The notes beneath the pieces are model-generated. The model had not been told where the DNA came from. It did not search any database and saw nothing but the letters and a program-made list of their open reading frames with translations. From an uncultured Desulfobacterales bacterium (lineage in GTDB: Bacteria; Desulfobacterota; DSM-4660; Desulfatiglandales; HGW-15): a stretch of 64,000 nucleotides of DNA. The DNA is taken from positions 928 to 64,927 of the forward strand of contig CAZYJR010000019.1 in NCBI GenBank assembly GCA_964647905.1, given 5' to 3'. Of this stretch, positions 53,002 through 61,364 are shown one piece after another. The translations under genes and the position numbers were made by a program. The number at the start of each line of letters is the position of its first letter. Position 1 is the first letter of the stretch.

Positions 53002-54420
53002 CTATCTCGCATGTCTGGAACGGTACTCGTCTATGGTTCGATCCCAACCGCCCGGCACGTCTTCTTCCTTCCAGAAGATGTAAGGATTGCTCCTGGGCTC
53101 CTTGACCATTTGCGGCATGGGCGGTACGCCGAGGACTTCCAGGAATTTGGGGATGCCGTAGCGCTGAATCAGCTCGCCCAGCCGCTCCCGGTTCTTTCCT
53201 TCCTCCATCCACCAGTCCCAGACCTTTTCGATCACTTCCTTGATATTGTCGTAAGGAGGCTCCGCCTTCATGAACGGGATGGTGAGGACCGACATCTGTG
53301 CGCCTTCCAGGATGGGCGCCTTGGCCCCGAACAGCAGGCTCACGCCGGTGTCCTTACCGGGACGGAGCGCCTGGGGCATGACGTTGATGCAGTGCATGCA
53401 CCGGTTGCACTCCTTGTCGTCGATCATGAGCTTGTCGCCCTCCATCCACATGCACTGGGTCGGGCAGAGTCCGATCACTTCCTTCTCAATATCAAACTTG
53501 CCCCAGTCGCGGCCCGCATGGGCACCGGCATTGGGTGCTATTTCTCCGCCCACATATGCCTTTACCGCCTCCTGGTCGATGCGGATCTCGTCGCGCCAGG
53601 TCCCTATGAAGGACATGTCCGCCCTGGCGATGGAAGCCACGCATCCGTTGGAGCAGCCGTCGAACTTGAACTTGAACTTGTAAGGGAAGGCGGGGCGGTG
53701 CAGCTCATCCTGGTAGTGGTGGGTCAACTCATAGCACATGTCCTGGGTGTCATAGCAGGACCACTCGCAGCGGGCCCTGCCGATGCAGCAGGACGGGGTA
53801 CGAAGGTTGGATCCCGATCCGCCCAGGTCCTGCTGGAGTACGTGGCCCAGTTCGTAGAAAATGGGCTCCAGCTGCTCGGTAAAAGTACCCAGGAAGATGA
53901 TGTCCCCGGTTGACCCGTGTATGTTCATCATGCCGCTTCCGCGGTATTCCCAGAGGTCACAGATGGTACGAAGATAATCGGTATCGTAAAACTTGCTGGC
54001 AGGCTGATTGACACGGAGTGTATGAAAGTGGGCGATTGAAGGAAAAGTTTCCTGCATATCGGAGTAACGGCCAATCACGCCGCCCCCGTATCCGAACACC
54101 CCAACGATTCCGCCGTGCTTCCAATGGGTCTCGCCGTGGTCAAACGAGAGCTGGAGCTGCCCCAGCATGTCCTCTACGACCTCGGCGTTGATCATCATCC
54201 TCTCCTTGGGCAGCTTGTGCCGCCTCAAGGCCTCCCTCTTGGCGTCCGCCACAAAGCTGGGCCAGGGGCCTTTTTCCAGCTCATCGAGGTCCGGGATGTT
54301 GTGCTTACATTTGAATTCCTTGAGTTCGTCTTCGGTGTAATTATTCAACTCCTCGTCGGAGTAAATCCGAAGCTCCTCATATTTGAGTTTGGTTTGTTCT
54401 TCTTTAGGTTCAAAAGCCAT
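53002..54420 (-). CDS. dsrA: dissimilatory sulfite reductase, alpha subunit
   Basis: ..GPWPSFVADAKREA.., ..THWKHGGIVGVFGYGGGVIGRY.., ..GGSGSNLRTPSCC.., ..FKFKFDGCSNGCVASIARADMS.., ..CNRCMHCINVMP... ATG 54420 is preceded by AAGGAGG. Confidence 0.95.
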   Translation of the reverse strand: MAFEPKEEQTKLKYEELRIYSDEELNNYTEDELKEFKCKHNIPDLDELEKGPWPSFVADAKREALRRHKLPKERMMINAEVVEDMLGQLQLSFDHGETHWKHGGIVGVFGYGGGVIGRYSDMQETFPSIAHFHTLRVNQPASKFYDTDYLRTICDLWEYRGSGMMNIHGSTGDIIFLGTFTEQLEPIFYELGHVLQQDLGGSGSNLRTPSCCIGRARCEWSCYDTQDMCYELTHHYQDELHRPAFPYKFKFKFDGCSNGCVASIARADMSFIGTWRDEIRIDQEAVKAYVGGEIAPNAGAHAGRDWGKFDIEKEVIGLCPTQCMWMEGDKLMIDDKECNRCMHCINVMPQALRPGKDTGVSLLFGAKAPILEGAQMSVLTIPFMKAEPPYDNIKEVIEKVWDWWMEEGKNRERLGELIQRYGIPKFLEVLGVPPMPQMVKEPRSNPYIFWKEEDVPGGWDRTIDEYRSRHAR

Positions 54421-54640
54421 TATGCTCGCCTCCTTTAGAAAAATAAAAGGTTGGTTCCGCTCCATAGAAGGGGCAACCCCAAGAAATCCGTGTCCGAGTC
54501 TTCACCTCCTCCCCAAGCTGATGTCCAAATTCATCCCGGCACGGGCGCACATTTGCACCCGCCATCGCCGAAGTATTCGCCCTCTGGGTCTTTACCAGCA
54601 ACTAACCGAATTTACTATCCTTTTAAGCAATCAGATTGAA

Positions 54641-54670
54641 ATTTAAATCAGAATACGGCTCAGATGTCAA
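54641..54670 (-). promoter_or_regulatory. candidate sigma70 promoter for dsrABD (TTGACA-N18-TTAAAT)
   Basis: On the minus strand, -35 TTGACA is at 54670-54665 and -10 TTAAAT at 54646-54641. This implies a ~210-nt 5' UTR. The direct repeat TCTGATT occurs twice, 17 nt apart, flanking the -10. Confidence 0.35.
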
Positions 54671-54770
54671 TGAAAAAACCACCCATACGACAACAGTTGC
54701 CATGCGGTTTTCCCTGAATTGCTCGTCCTCCCGGGCCGGCTTCGAGGCGGGGAGGAGGGCGGCATTTGAA

Positions 54771-54799
54771 TTGACAAGAAAGCCTCGAGGTTTTATAGG
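54771..54799 (+). promoter_or_regulatory. candidate sigma70 promoter for dsrN (TTGACA-N17-TATAGG)
   Basis: -35 at 54771-54776, 17-nt spacer, -10 at 54794-54799. It lies ~85 nt upstream of ATG 54885. Confidence 0.45.
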
Positions 54800-54884
54800 C
54801 CAGACAGCAGCTCGAACCAGCCGACCGCCTCACCAGGCAGAGGGCCGGGAGGGGGGCGCGGATCTTGCTTATGAGGGGGATGAG

Positions 54885-56330
54885 ATGACGGCCCGCCCGC
54901 CGCGTATTCTAATCGCCGCCCTCAAGGGCGGCTCGGGAAAAACGGTCCTCAGTCTGGGCCTGGCGGCGGCATGGAGGGATATGGGCCGTACCATAGCTCC
55001 ATTCAAAAAGGGACCGGATTTCATTGACCCCGGTTGGCTGGGGCTCGCCGCAGGGATCCCTTGTCATAATCTGGATTCCTTCATGATGAATCCTGAGCAA
55101 ATCATAAATTCCTTTATCACGCATGCAGGTGATTCAGACCTGGGGCTGATAGAGGCCAACCGGGGGCTTTTCGACGGGCTGGACGTGGACGGCTCCTGCA
55201 GCTCGGCAGAGCTGGCGCGACTGCTCAAAGCCCCTGTGGTCCTGATTGTGGACGTCTCCATGGCGACCAGGACGATTGCGGCCGTGGTAAAGGGGTGCCA
55301 GGTGTTCGATCCCGGTCTCGACCTGAGGGGGGTGATACTGAACCGCGTGGGAGGCAAGAGGCAGGAGGACTTGATCCGGGGGGCGGTTGAGCGGTATTGC
55401 GGCATCCCGGTCATGGGATCGGTGAAAAGGATGAGAGCAAGCCCCTTTCCCGAGCGTCATATGGGCCTGATCCCACACCGGGAGCAGGCAAGAGGACAGG
55501 AAGCCCTGCTGTGGGCGAGGGATCTGGTCCGAGACAGCCTTGACCTGGAAGCCCTTTGGGAGATCGGCCGAACAGCGCCGCCCCTCGATCCCGGATCCCC
55601 GCGGGAGAGGCGGGCACCGGCGGTTCACGCCGGGCAGCCCCGGGGCGCCCGACCCAGGATCGGGGTGGTACGGGACAAGGCCTTCTGGTTCTACTACCCG
55701 GAGAACTTGGCGGCCCTTGAGGCCCTGGGGGCGGAGCTCGTGGAAGTCAGCGCAGTATCGGACCGGGCCCTGCCGGCGGTGGATGCCCTCTATATAGGGG
55801 GGGGCTTCCCAGAGACCCAGGCCGAGGCCTTGGCCGCGAACAGCACCTTCCGCGAGGATCTGCGAACCATGGTGGAAAAAGGCCTCCCGGTCTATGCCGA
55901 GTGCGGGGGGTTGATGTACCTCGGAGAGGCCCTGGTCGTGGGGGACGACACCTACCCCATGACCGGTGCGCTGCCGGTGCGTTTCGTGCTGGAGAAAAAA
56001 CCCCAAGGACACGGCTACACCATCCTGGAAGTGGTGGGGGATAATGCTTATTATGAAAAGGGAACCTTGCTCAGAGGCCACGAGTTCCATTATTCCAGGC
56101 CGGTCTTTACCGGGGCCTGTGATACGGTGGAGCCGGTTTTCAAGGTAAGGCGGGGCCGAGGCCTGGACGGGACACGGGACGGGCTGGCCAGGCGCAACCT
56201 GCTCGGCACCTACACCCATGTCCACGCGGACGGCACCCCTTGCTGGGCCGAGCGTCTGGTTGAAAAAGCCCTTGAATTCCTGCCAAGTAATCCGGCCCGC
56301 TCCGGGGGCCCAATAGAAAAGGGGGATTGA
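54885..56330 (+). CDS. dsrN: cobyrinic acid a,c-diamide synthase-family amidase (DsrN, siroheme amidase homologue)
   Basis: ..ILIAALKGGSGKTVLSLGL..PFKKGPDFIDP.. and a C-terminal glutamine amidotransferase domain (..PVYAECGGLMYLG..GHEFHYS..). ATG 54885 has RBS GAGGGGGA. It lies between dsrA and dsrC. The track ORF's 83-aa extension is discarded. Confidence 0.85.
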   Translation: MTARPPRILIAALKGGSGKTVLSLGLAAAWRDMGRTIAPFKKGPDFIDPGWLGLAAGIPCHNLDSFMMNPEQIINSFITHAGDSDLGLIEANRGLFDGLDVDGSCSSAELARLLKAPVVLIVDVSMATRTIAAVVKGCQVFDPGLDLRGVILNRVGGKRQEDLIRGAVERYCGIPVMGSVKRMRASPFPERHMGLIPHREQARGQEALLWARDLVRDSLDLEALWEIGRTAPPLDPGSPRERRAPAVHAGQPRGARPRIGVVRDKAFWFYYPENLAALEALGAELVEVSAVSDRALPAVDALYIGGGFPETQAEALAANSTFREDLRTMVEKGLPVYAECGGLMYLGEALVVGDDTYPMTGALPVRFVLEKKPQGHGYTILEVVGDNAYYEKGTLLRGHEFHYSRPVFTGACDTVEPVFKVRRGRGLDGTRDGLARRNLLGTYTHVHADGTPCWAERLVEKALEFLPSNPARSGGPIEKGD

Positions 56331-56356
56331 CATCGGCTATTTTATGGGTTATAGGG
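56328..56356 (+). promoter_or_regulatory. candidate sigma70 promoter for dsrC (TTGACA-N17-TATAGG)
   Basis: -35 at 56328-56333 overlaps the dsrN stop. 17-nt spacer, then -10 at 56351-56356. An AT-rich leader and RBS AAAGGAGG precede ATG 56420. Confidence 0.5.
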
Positions 56357-56419
56357 CAGTATTTGTACGAATCTAAGTGGCTAAAATAAAAGGAATATAG
56401 GAAAAGGAGGTTATTTGTT

Positions 56420-56737
56420 ATGCCCACAGTCGAATTTGAAGGCCACACCTTTAACGTGGACGAAGACGGATTCATCGACGATTTCAACAATTGGAACGAG
56501 GCGTGGGTCCAGTGGGTCAAGAAGCAGGAAGGTATTGAAGAGCTCACTGATGAGCACTGGAAGGTGATCAAAGTCCTTCAGGATTACTACAAAAAGAATG
56601 GAATCGCACCAATGGTAAGGATCCTATCCAAGGTGACCGGTTTCAAGCTGAAGAAGATCTACGAGCTCTTCCCGTCCGGCCCGGGTAAAGGCGCCTGTAA
56701 GATGGCCGGGCTACCGAAGCCCACTGGTTGTGTCTAG
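56420..56737 (+). CDS. dsrC: DsrC (TusE/DsrC/DsvC family sulfur-relay protein)
   Basis: MPTVEFEGHTFNVDEDGF.. with the C-terminal arm ..FPSGPGKGACKMAGLPKPTGCV carrying both conserved cysteines. 105 aa. Confidence 0.95.
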   Translation: MPTVEFEGHTFNVDEDGFIDDFNNWNEAWVQWVKKQEGIEELTDEHWKVIKVLQDYYKKNGIAPMVRILSKVTGFKLKKIYELFPSGPGKGACKMAGLPKPTGCV

Positions 56738-56790
56738 AAGCCTGGAAGAGAGCCGCCGGCACCACTGCGAAACACGAAGGCCCCTAGAAA

Positions 56791-56827
56791 GGCACGGCGC
56801 AGGAGGCAAAAAGCGCCGTGCCTTTTT
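56791..56827 (+). terminator. intrinsic terminator after dsrC
   Basis: GGCACGGCGC-aggaggcaaaaa-GCGCCGTGCC forms a 10-bp perfect stem followed by TTTTT. Confidence 0.8.
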
Positions 56828-56860
56828 CGTTCTTGCGACCCGGAGGCAAGACCCGGCCTG

Positions 56861-57703
56861 CTAGACCTCGGTGGAAAGAGGGCCTGGAGAGGCCAGCGGA
56901 CCGTATAGCTCCGGGCGGCGGCGGGGCAGGAAATACTTCATCCGATGGGAACGCACTTCCTGAAGGAATCCCAGGTCAAGGGAGGCCGACAGCAGGTTCT
57001 CCGCCTCCCCGCCGTAACTCGCCACCACCCGCCCGGCAGGGTCTATGATCACGGCGACTGAGGGAAAATGAAGCCCGTCTCCGGTGCGTCCGGCCTGGTT
57101 GCAGGCCGCGACATAGACCGCGTTGTCAAACGCGCGCGCGGCCAAATGCCTGAGCCAGCTCCGCAGCTTTTCCTGCGGGGTGCCGCGGGGTGAAGCATGG
57201 GGCATGAAGACCACCTCAGCTCCCTTGAGGGCCATTATGGTGGTGATCTCCGGAAAATGGCCCTCATAGCAGAGCTGGATGCCGAAGCGCACTCCCATGC
57301 CCTCGAACACGGGAAGGGCCTCCCCGGCCCTGTACCCCGCCTCTTCGGCCGGAGATAGGTGGGTCTTTCGGTAACTCCCCTGCGGCCCTTCCGGACCCGC
57401 CGCCAAGTGAGTTATATACGGCCTGCCCCCGCCGCCTTCCTCCACGAATCCGGCAAGGACGGTGAGCCCTCTCCGCCGGGCGAGCTCGGTCACGAACGAG
57501 GCCGCCTGCCCGGTCTTCTCAGCCGAGGTTACGCGCTCCGGGCGGTCCAGCACATAGCCGCTCAGTGAGAGCTCCGGGAAGCATACGATCTGCGCCCCTT
57601 GCTCTGAGGCGCGCCTCGCCCACTCGTCCATGGATTCCATGTTCCGTTCCCAGCACCCGGGCCGAGCCTGCACGCAGGCCGCTGCTACCCTTATCTTTGC
57701 CAT
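56861..57703 (-). CDS. carbon-nitrogen hydrolase (nitrilase superfamily) protein
   Basis: The Glu-Lys-Cys triad contexts are present: ..IVCFPELSLSGY.., ..YRKTHL.., ..FGIQLCYEGHFPE... ATG 57703 is preceded by GGAGGAG. Confidence 0.85.
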   Translation of the reverse strand: MAKIRVAAACVQARPGCWERNMESMDEWARRASEQGAQIVCFPELSLSGYVLDRPERVTSAEKTGQAASFVTELARRRGLTVLAGFVEEGGGGRPYITHLAAGPEGPQGSYRKTHLSPAEEAGYRAGEALPVFEGMGVRFGIQLCYEGHFPEITTIMALKGAEVVFMPHASPRGTPQEKLRSWLRHLAARAFDNAVYVAACNQAGRTGDGLHFPSVAVIIDPAGRVVASYGGEAENLLSASLDLGFLQEVRSHRMKYFLPRRRPELYGPLASPGPLSTEV

Positions 57704-58034
57704 ACCGACTCCTCCGGACACCCAACACCCCCGTTAGCCCTATAACCAAGGAGCCTAGGGCAAAACCCTCTCCAGGGCAAGCGCGCCTTACGGATTTTCG
57801 GCGGGCCCGAAGCGGCGAGCGTCTGAGACAGGACTCAAGGAAGGTTTTGCCAGGTCAAGTGTCAGGTCAGGCTGGCAGACCCTACGGGGCAGTAGAAAAA
57901 AATACACGCATTACCCCATTTCGCTCAGAAATCGAATATTCTTACCATGGGCATACATTCTCTATCCACAGGCTTTATTGGACATACGGCTCGTTATGGG
58001 CCACGTTCCGTGAACTCACCCGGGAGGCGAACAA

Positions 58035-60005
58035 ATGAACCTGGTACATCTTTCTGAATCCAACTCAATCGTAAGACACAGTATTGAGATCATGGCCTCG
58101 GCAGTGGTGGTGCTCTTGTCCCACTTGATGGCTTTTCAAGTAGCAGCCGCTGACTGGGAATGGCAGAATCCCCTCCCACAAGGCAACGAACTCCTTTCTG
58201 TTTGGGGGACAGCCGAAAACAACACCTTTGCCTGTGGGGATGCAGGAACCATAATTCACTACGACGGTGGATCATGGACAGTCATGGAATCAGGGACAAC
58301 GGTCAGCCTGCGTGACGTGTGGGGCAGTTCAACTGAGGACGTCTTCGCTTGCGGGTATGACGGCACCATTCTTCACTACGACGGTGAATCATGGTCGGCT
58401 ATGGATTCAGGTACAACGATGACTCTCAATGGTATCTGGGGAAGTGCCGAGGATAACGTATTCGCAGTTGGATATCACATGAAGATTCTCCATTACGATG
58501 GGAATAGTTGGACTGAAATGGATTCAGGAATCCAGGACTTGCGAGGTATTTGGGGCAGATCAGGCAGCGATGTCTATGCAGTTGGGGATGGTGGTGTGAT
58601 TCTTCACTATGACGGCAGTGAATGGAGCCATCATGACTCCCCATCAACAATGCACTTAAATGGTGTATGGGGGTGTGAAGACACTCCTGATGTGTATGTG
58701 GCAGGATCAAAAGGGACTATGTTACATTACAATGGTGACTCATGGTCTTCGATGTCGACCCCTGCGGAACAAGACTTAATGGAAGTATTTGGTGACTCAA
58801 ATAAGGAGGTTTTTGCTGTAGGAGATCACAGCTGGATAACAGATTCCAGTATAATTATACACTATGACGGCAACTCCTGGTCCAGGATGGAGGCGCCCAG
58901 CGGCGAACAGCTTAACGGTATTTGGGCAAACAATGGTTCATTTGCTGTTGCTGTGGGAGAAAGAGGGCAGATCTATCGATATGATGGCTCATTTTGGTCT
59001 TCAATCCGGACTGGCGCTGTAAACGAACTTAGAGGTATCTGGGGGTGTGGAAAGTCAGAGTTGTTTGCTGTTGGCTGGAGCGGAACAATACTACATCATA
59101 ACGGAACAAGTTGGTCGGAAATAAACTCTAACACTGACCAGCGATTATGGGATATATGGGGTACATCCTGTTCAGACGTTTACGCGGTTGGAGATAATGG
59201 TGTCATTCTCCATTATGATGGGCATTCTTGGGAAAGCATGGCTTCCAGCACCTCGGAGTATCTGAGAGACGTGTGGGGCAGTTCCAGGTCGAATATCTTT
59301 GCGGTTGGTTACAACGGTACAATTGTTCACTATGATGGCTCTTCTTGGTCCTCCATGGAATCCGGAACCGCTAAGGGGCTGCTAGGCATATGGGGAACTT
59401 CACCGTCCGATGTCTATGCGGTGGGATTGCAGGGAGTGATTCTCCATTACGACGGATCTACCTGGACCAGCATGAATTCCGGAACAGGAGAAGCTTTGAG
59501 AGGGGTGTGGGGGAAATCTCATGACAATGTTTTCGCAGTAGGTGCACATGGTGAAATCCTTCAATACGATGGAACTACCTGGACCAGCATGGATTCTGGA
59601 ATCAGTCAATCACTCTATGATGTATTCGGTTTTGGAGATGATGTTGTTGCAATAGGATATCTCGGAACAATTGCCTATTACAAGGGCACTAGCTGGTCTC
59701 CAATGATATCAGGGACGGAAAATATTCTGGCCGGTGTATGGGGTACCGGTCATGATGGTGTGTATATATCAGGAGAAAATGGAGCGATTCTGTATTATCA
59801 GCCCAATATGGTTATTGTTGGAGATATAAATGGTAACGACAGCATCGAACTCATAGATGTAATACTGGCACTTCAAATAGTAAGCGGTGATACTATTCCT
59901 GATACATATATGATTGAAGCCGATGTCAACGACGATTCCAGCATAGGAACAGAAGAAGTAATATATATCTTGCAGGTGTTAGCAGAGCATAGAATAACTG
60001 AATAG
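58035..60005 (+). CDS. secreted repeat protein: ~14 x ~40-aa beta-propeller-blade-like repeats + C-terminal dockerin-like module
   Basis: The repeat ..G(T/V)ILHYDG.sW..m.SGT...L.g(I/V)WG.s..dVFAVG.. recurs 13-14 times. The C-terminus GDINGNDSIELIDVILALQIV..EADVNDDSSIGTEEVIYILQ resembles a dockerin type I pair. A signal-peptide-like MASAVVVLLSHLMAFQVAAA begins at the alternative start 58092. Composition is markedly AT-richer than the flanks. Confidence 0.75.
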   Translation: MNLVHLSESNSIVRHSIEIMASAVVVLLSHLMAFQVAAADWEWQNPLPQGNELLSVWGTAENNTFACGDAGTIIHYDGGSWTVMESGTTVSLRDVWGSSTEDVFACGYDGTILHYDGESWSAMDSGTTMTLNGIWGSAEDNVFAVGYHMKILHYDGNSWTEMDSGIQDLRGIWGRSGSDVYAVGDGGVILHYDGSEWSHHDSPSTMHLNGVWGCEDTPDVYVAGSKGTMLHYNGDSWSSMSTPAEQDLMEVFGDSNKEVFAVGDHSWITDSSIIIHYDGNSWSRMEAPSGEQLNGIWANNGSFAVAVGERGQIYRYDGSFWSSIRTGAVNELRGIWGCGKSELFAVGWSGTILHHNGTSWSEINSNTDQRLWDIWGTSCSDVYAVGDNGVILHYDGHSWESMASSTSEYLRDVWGSSRSNIFAVGYNGTIVHYDGSSWSSMESGTAKGLLGIWGTSPSDVYAVGLQGVILHYDGSTWTSMNSGTGEALRGVWGKSHDNVFAVGAHGEILQYDGTTWTSMDSGISQSLYDVFGFGDDVVAIGYLGTIAYYKGTSWSPMISGTENILAGVWGTGHDGVYISGENGAILYYQPNMVIVGDINGNDSIELIDVILALQIVSGDTIPDTYMIEADVNDDSSIGTEEVIYILQVLAEHRITE

Positions 60006-60328
60006 TTGCTGTTGAATCAATGCTGTACGGCTACTCAATCTTGCTTACGAATAACATCAAACTCACAGTCCATACTTCATTCTCTCAACATAACTTTCTG
60101 TACATTCATCGGCGGCTACAAGCCGAAAATGGTTTACAAACTCATAGGCCAAAATCTTGGCGGCCTGCGCTCATATCCAAGAATTATTCCGTTCAAAACT
60201 GAACATTTCCTTTGGTGACTGGACACTTGAACAACGGGGCTTGTCAATTGAGTGAGTCACGGGTTAAGCTCCATCCGGTCTCGTGTCATGGTTCGGCGAC
60301 CGAGACGATCGACTAGGGAGGCGGTCAC

Positions 60329-61084
60329 TTGCCCGGAAAGGAATCCGGTTTTCTTCGCTGGTATGATCCTCTGCTCCTGCGGGTCGTGCCCCCGGCCGCG
60401 GCCCTGGCCATAAAGGGGCTGATGTCCTCCTGCAGGGTTGTCGCCGTCGAGGGCGCCGAGCGGGCCGAGTCCGCGGTCGGTCGGGCCGGCGGAGGGGCGG
60501 TCTACGTCACCTGGCACCAGCGGATGTCCTACCACTTTCACCACTTCGGGTCCAGGCACGTCACCATGATGATAAGCCGGAGCAGGGACGGGGAGTACGC
60601 CGCACGCACGGCCGCATGGCTGGGCTTCAGAGACGTCAGGGGCTCGTCAACGCGGGGCGGGTCCGAGGCCCTGAGGGAAATCATCAGCCGCATGCGGCGG
60701 GGTGAAATAGGAGGGATGCTGGCCGACGGTCCACGCGGACCCGCCCGGGTGGCCAAGATGGGATCCGTGATCATGGCGAGAGAGGCCGGAGTCCCTATGA
60801 TACCGGTCCTCTGGGGTGCGGACAGGTGCTGCATGTTCAACTCCTGGGACCGCTACATGGTGCCCAAGCCTTTTGCGAGGGTGGTGATACTCTACGAGGA
60901 GCCCATATGGGTCCCGCGGCAGGCCGAGGGAGAGGAGCTCGAGAGACTGCGCAGGCTCCTGGAGACGGAGCTGAACAGGGGGAGCCGTTGGTGCGATCTC
61001 AGATTCGGACCGGAGCACCCATGGCGCAGGGTCAAGCGGACCGGGGATCCTGAAATAGGCCACTTGCCCTGCGATTCGGATTGA
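60329..61084 (+). CDS. DUF374-domain (lysophospholipid acyltransferase-like) protein
   Basis: ..YVTWHQRM....F....V..MISRSRDGEY.A......G...VRGSS.RGG..AL.E......G...G.L.DGPRGPA....G....A...G.P..P.. is the DUF374 pattern. TTG start with GGGAGG 8 nt upstream. Confidence 0.7.
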   Translation: MPGKESGFLRWYDPLLLRVVPPAAALAIKGLMSSCRVVAVEGAERAESAVGRAGGGAVYVTWHQRMSYHFHHFGSRHVTMMISRSRDGEYAARTAAWLGFRDVRGSSTRGGSEALREIISRMRRGEIGGMLADGPRGPARVAKMGSVIMAREAGVPMIPVLWGADRCCMFNSWDRYMVPKPFARVVILYEEPIWVPRQAEGEELERLRRLLETELNRGSRWCDLRFGPEHPWRRVKRTGDPEIGHLPCDSD

Positions 61085-61179
61085 GGCCCTGACAAAGCCC
61101 CGGCCTTTTCCAGAGACGCCCCCTGTGCTCCCGCGCCCAGCCGGGGCAAACCCCTTGTCGTAGCTGGAAAACCGAAAAA

Positions 61180-61226
61180 AATCTATATGTGGGATTTTCC
61201 CTCTTGACGAACACCACATATTGTGA
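61180..61226. promoter_or_regulatory. two candidate NrdR boxes upstream of nrdD
   Basis: ACACCACATATTGTGA (61211-61226) matches the consensus acaCwAtATaTwGtgt, as I recall it, at 12/16 positions. AATCTATATGTGGGAT (61180-61195) matches at 10/16. The centres are 31 bp apart, the usual tandem spacing. Confidence 0.45.
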
Positions 61227-61364
61227 GAGTCTTCCTCCAAACCCCGTCGGCGTGTTCGCGCCCGGCGGATCCTTTGAGCCGGCCCTGGTGATCAGCGGGA
61301 CACCCAATCCCTGGTCAGCGGCTGTTCACTTCAAGCGAATCAAGTTCAGGTAGAGGAGCCCCCC

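Noticed and set aside
55134-56333. 399-aa minus-strand ORF opposite dsrN
   Set aside because: Shadow ORF, since dsrN on the plus strand is unambiguous. The same reasoning applies to 23052-24155 (+, opposite mnmG), 33753-35099 (+, opposite coaBC), 51493-52428 (+, opposite dsrD/dsrB), 13150-13851 and 14173-15003 (+, opposite hppA), 27255-28301 (+, opposite cobA/hemD), 53011-53913 (+, opposite dsrA) and 62727-63503 (-, opposite nrdD).
60006-60328. Short ORFs (60-70 aa) in the AT-rich tail after the repeat-protein gene, as possible gene remnants or a toxin-antitoxin pair
   Set aside because: The reading frames are broken, there is no RBS, and there is no recognisable motif. The stretch is noted only as part of the compositional island.
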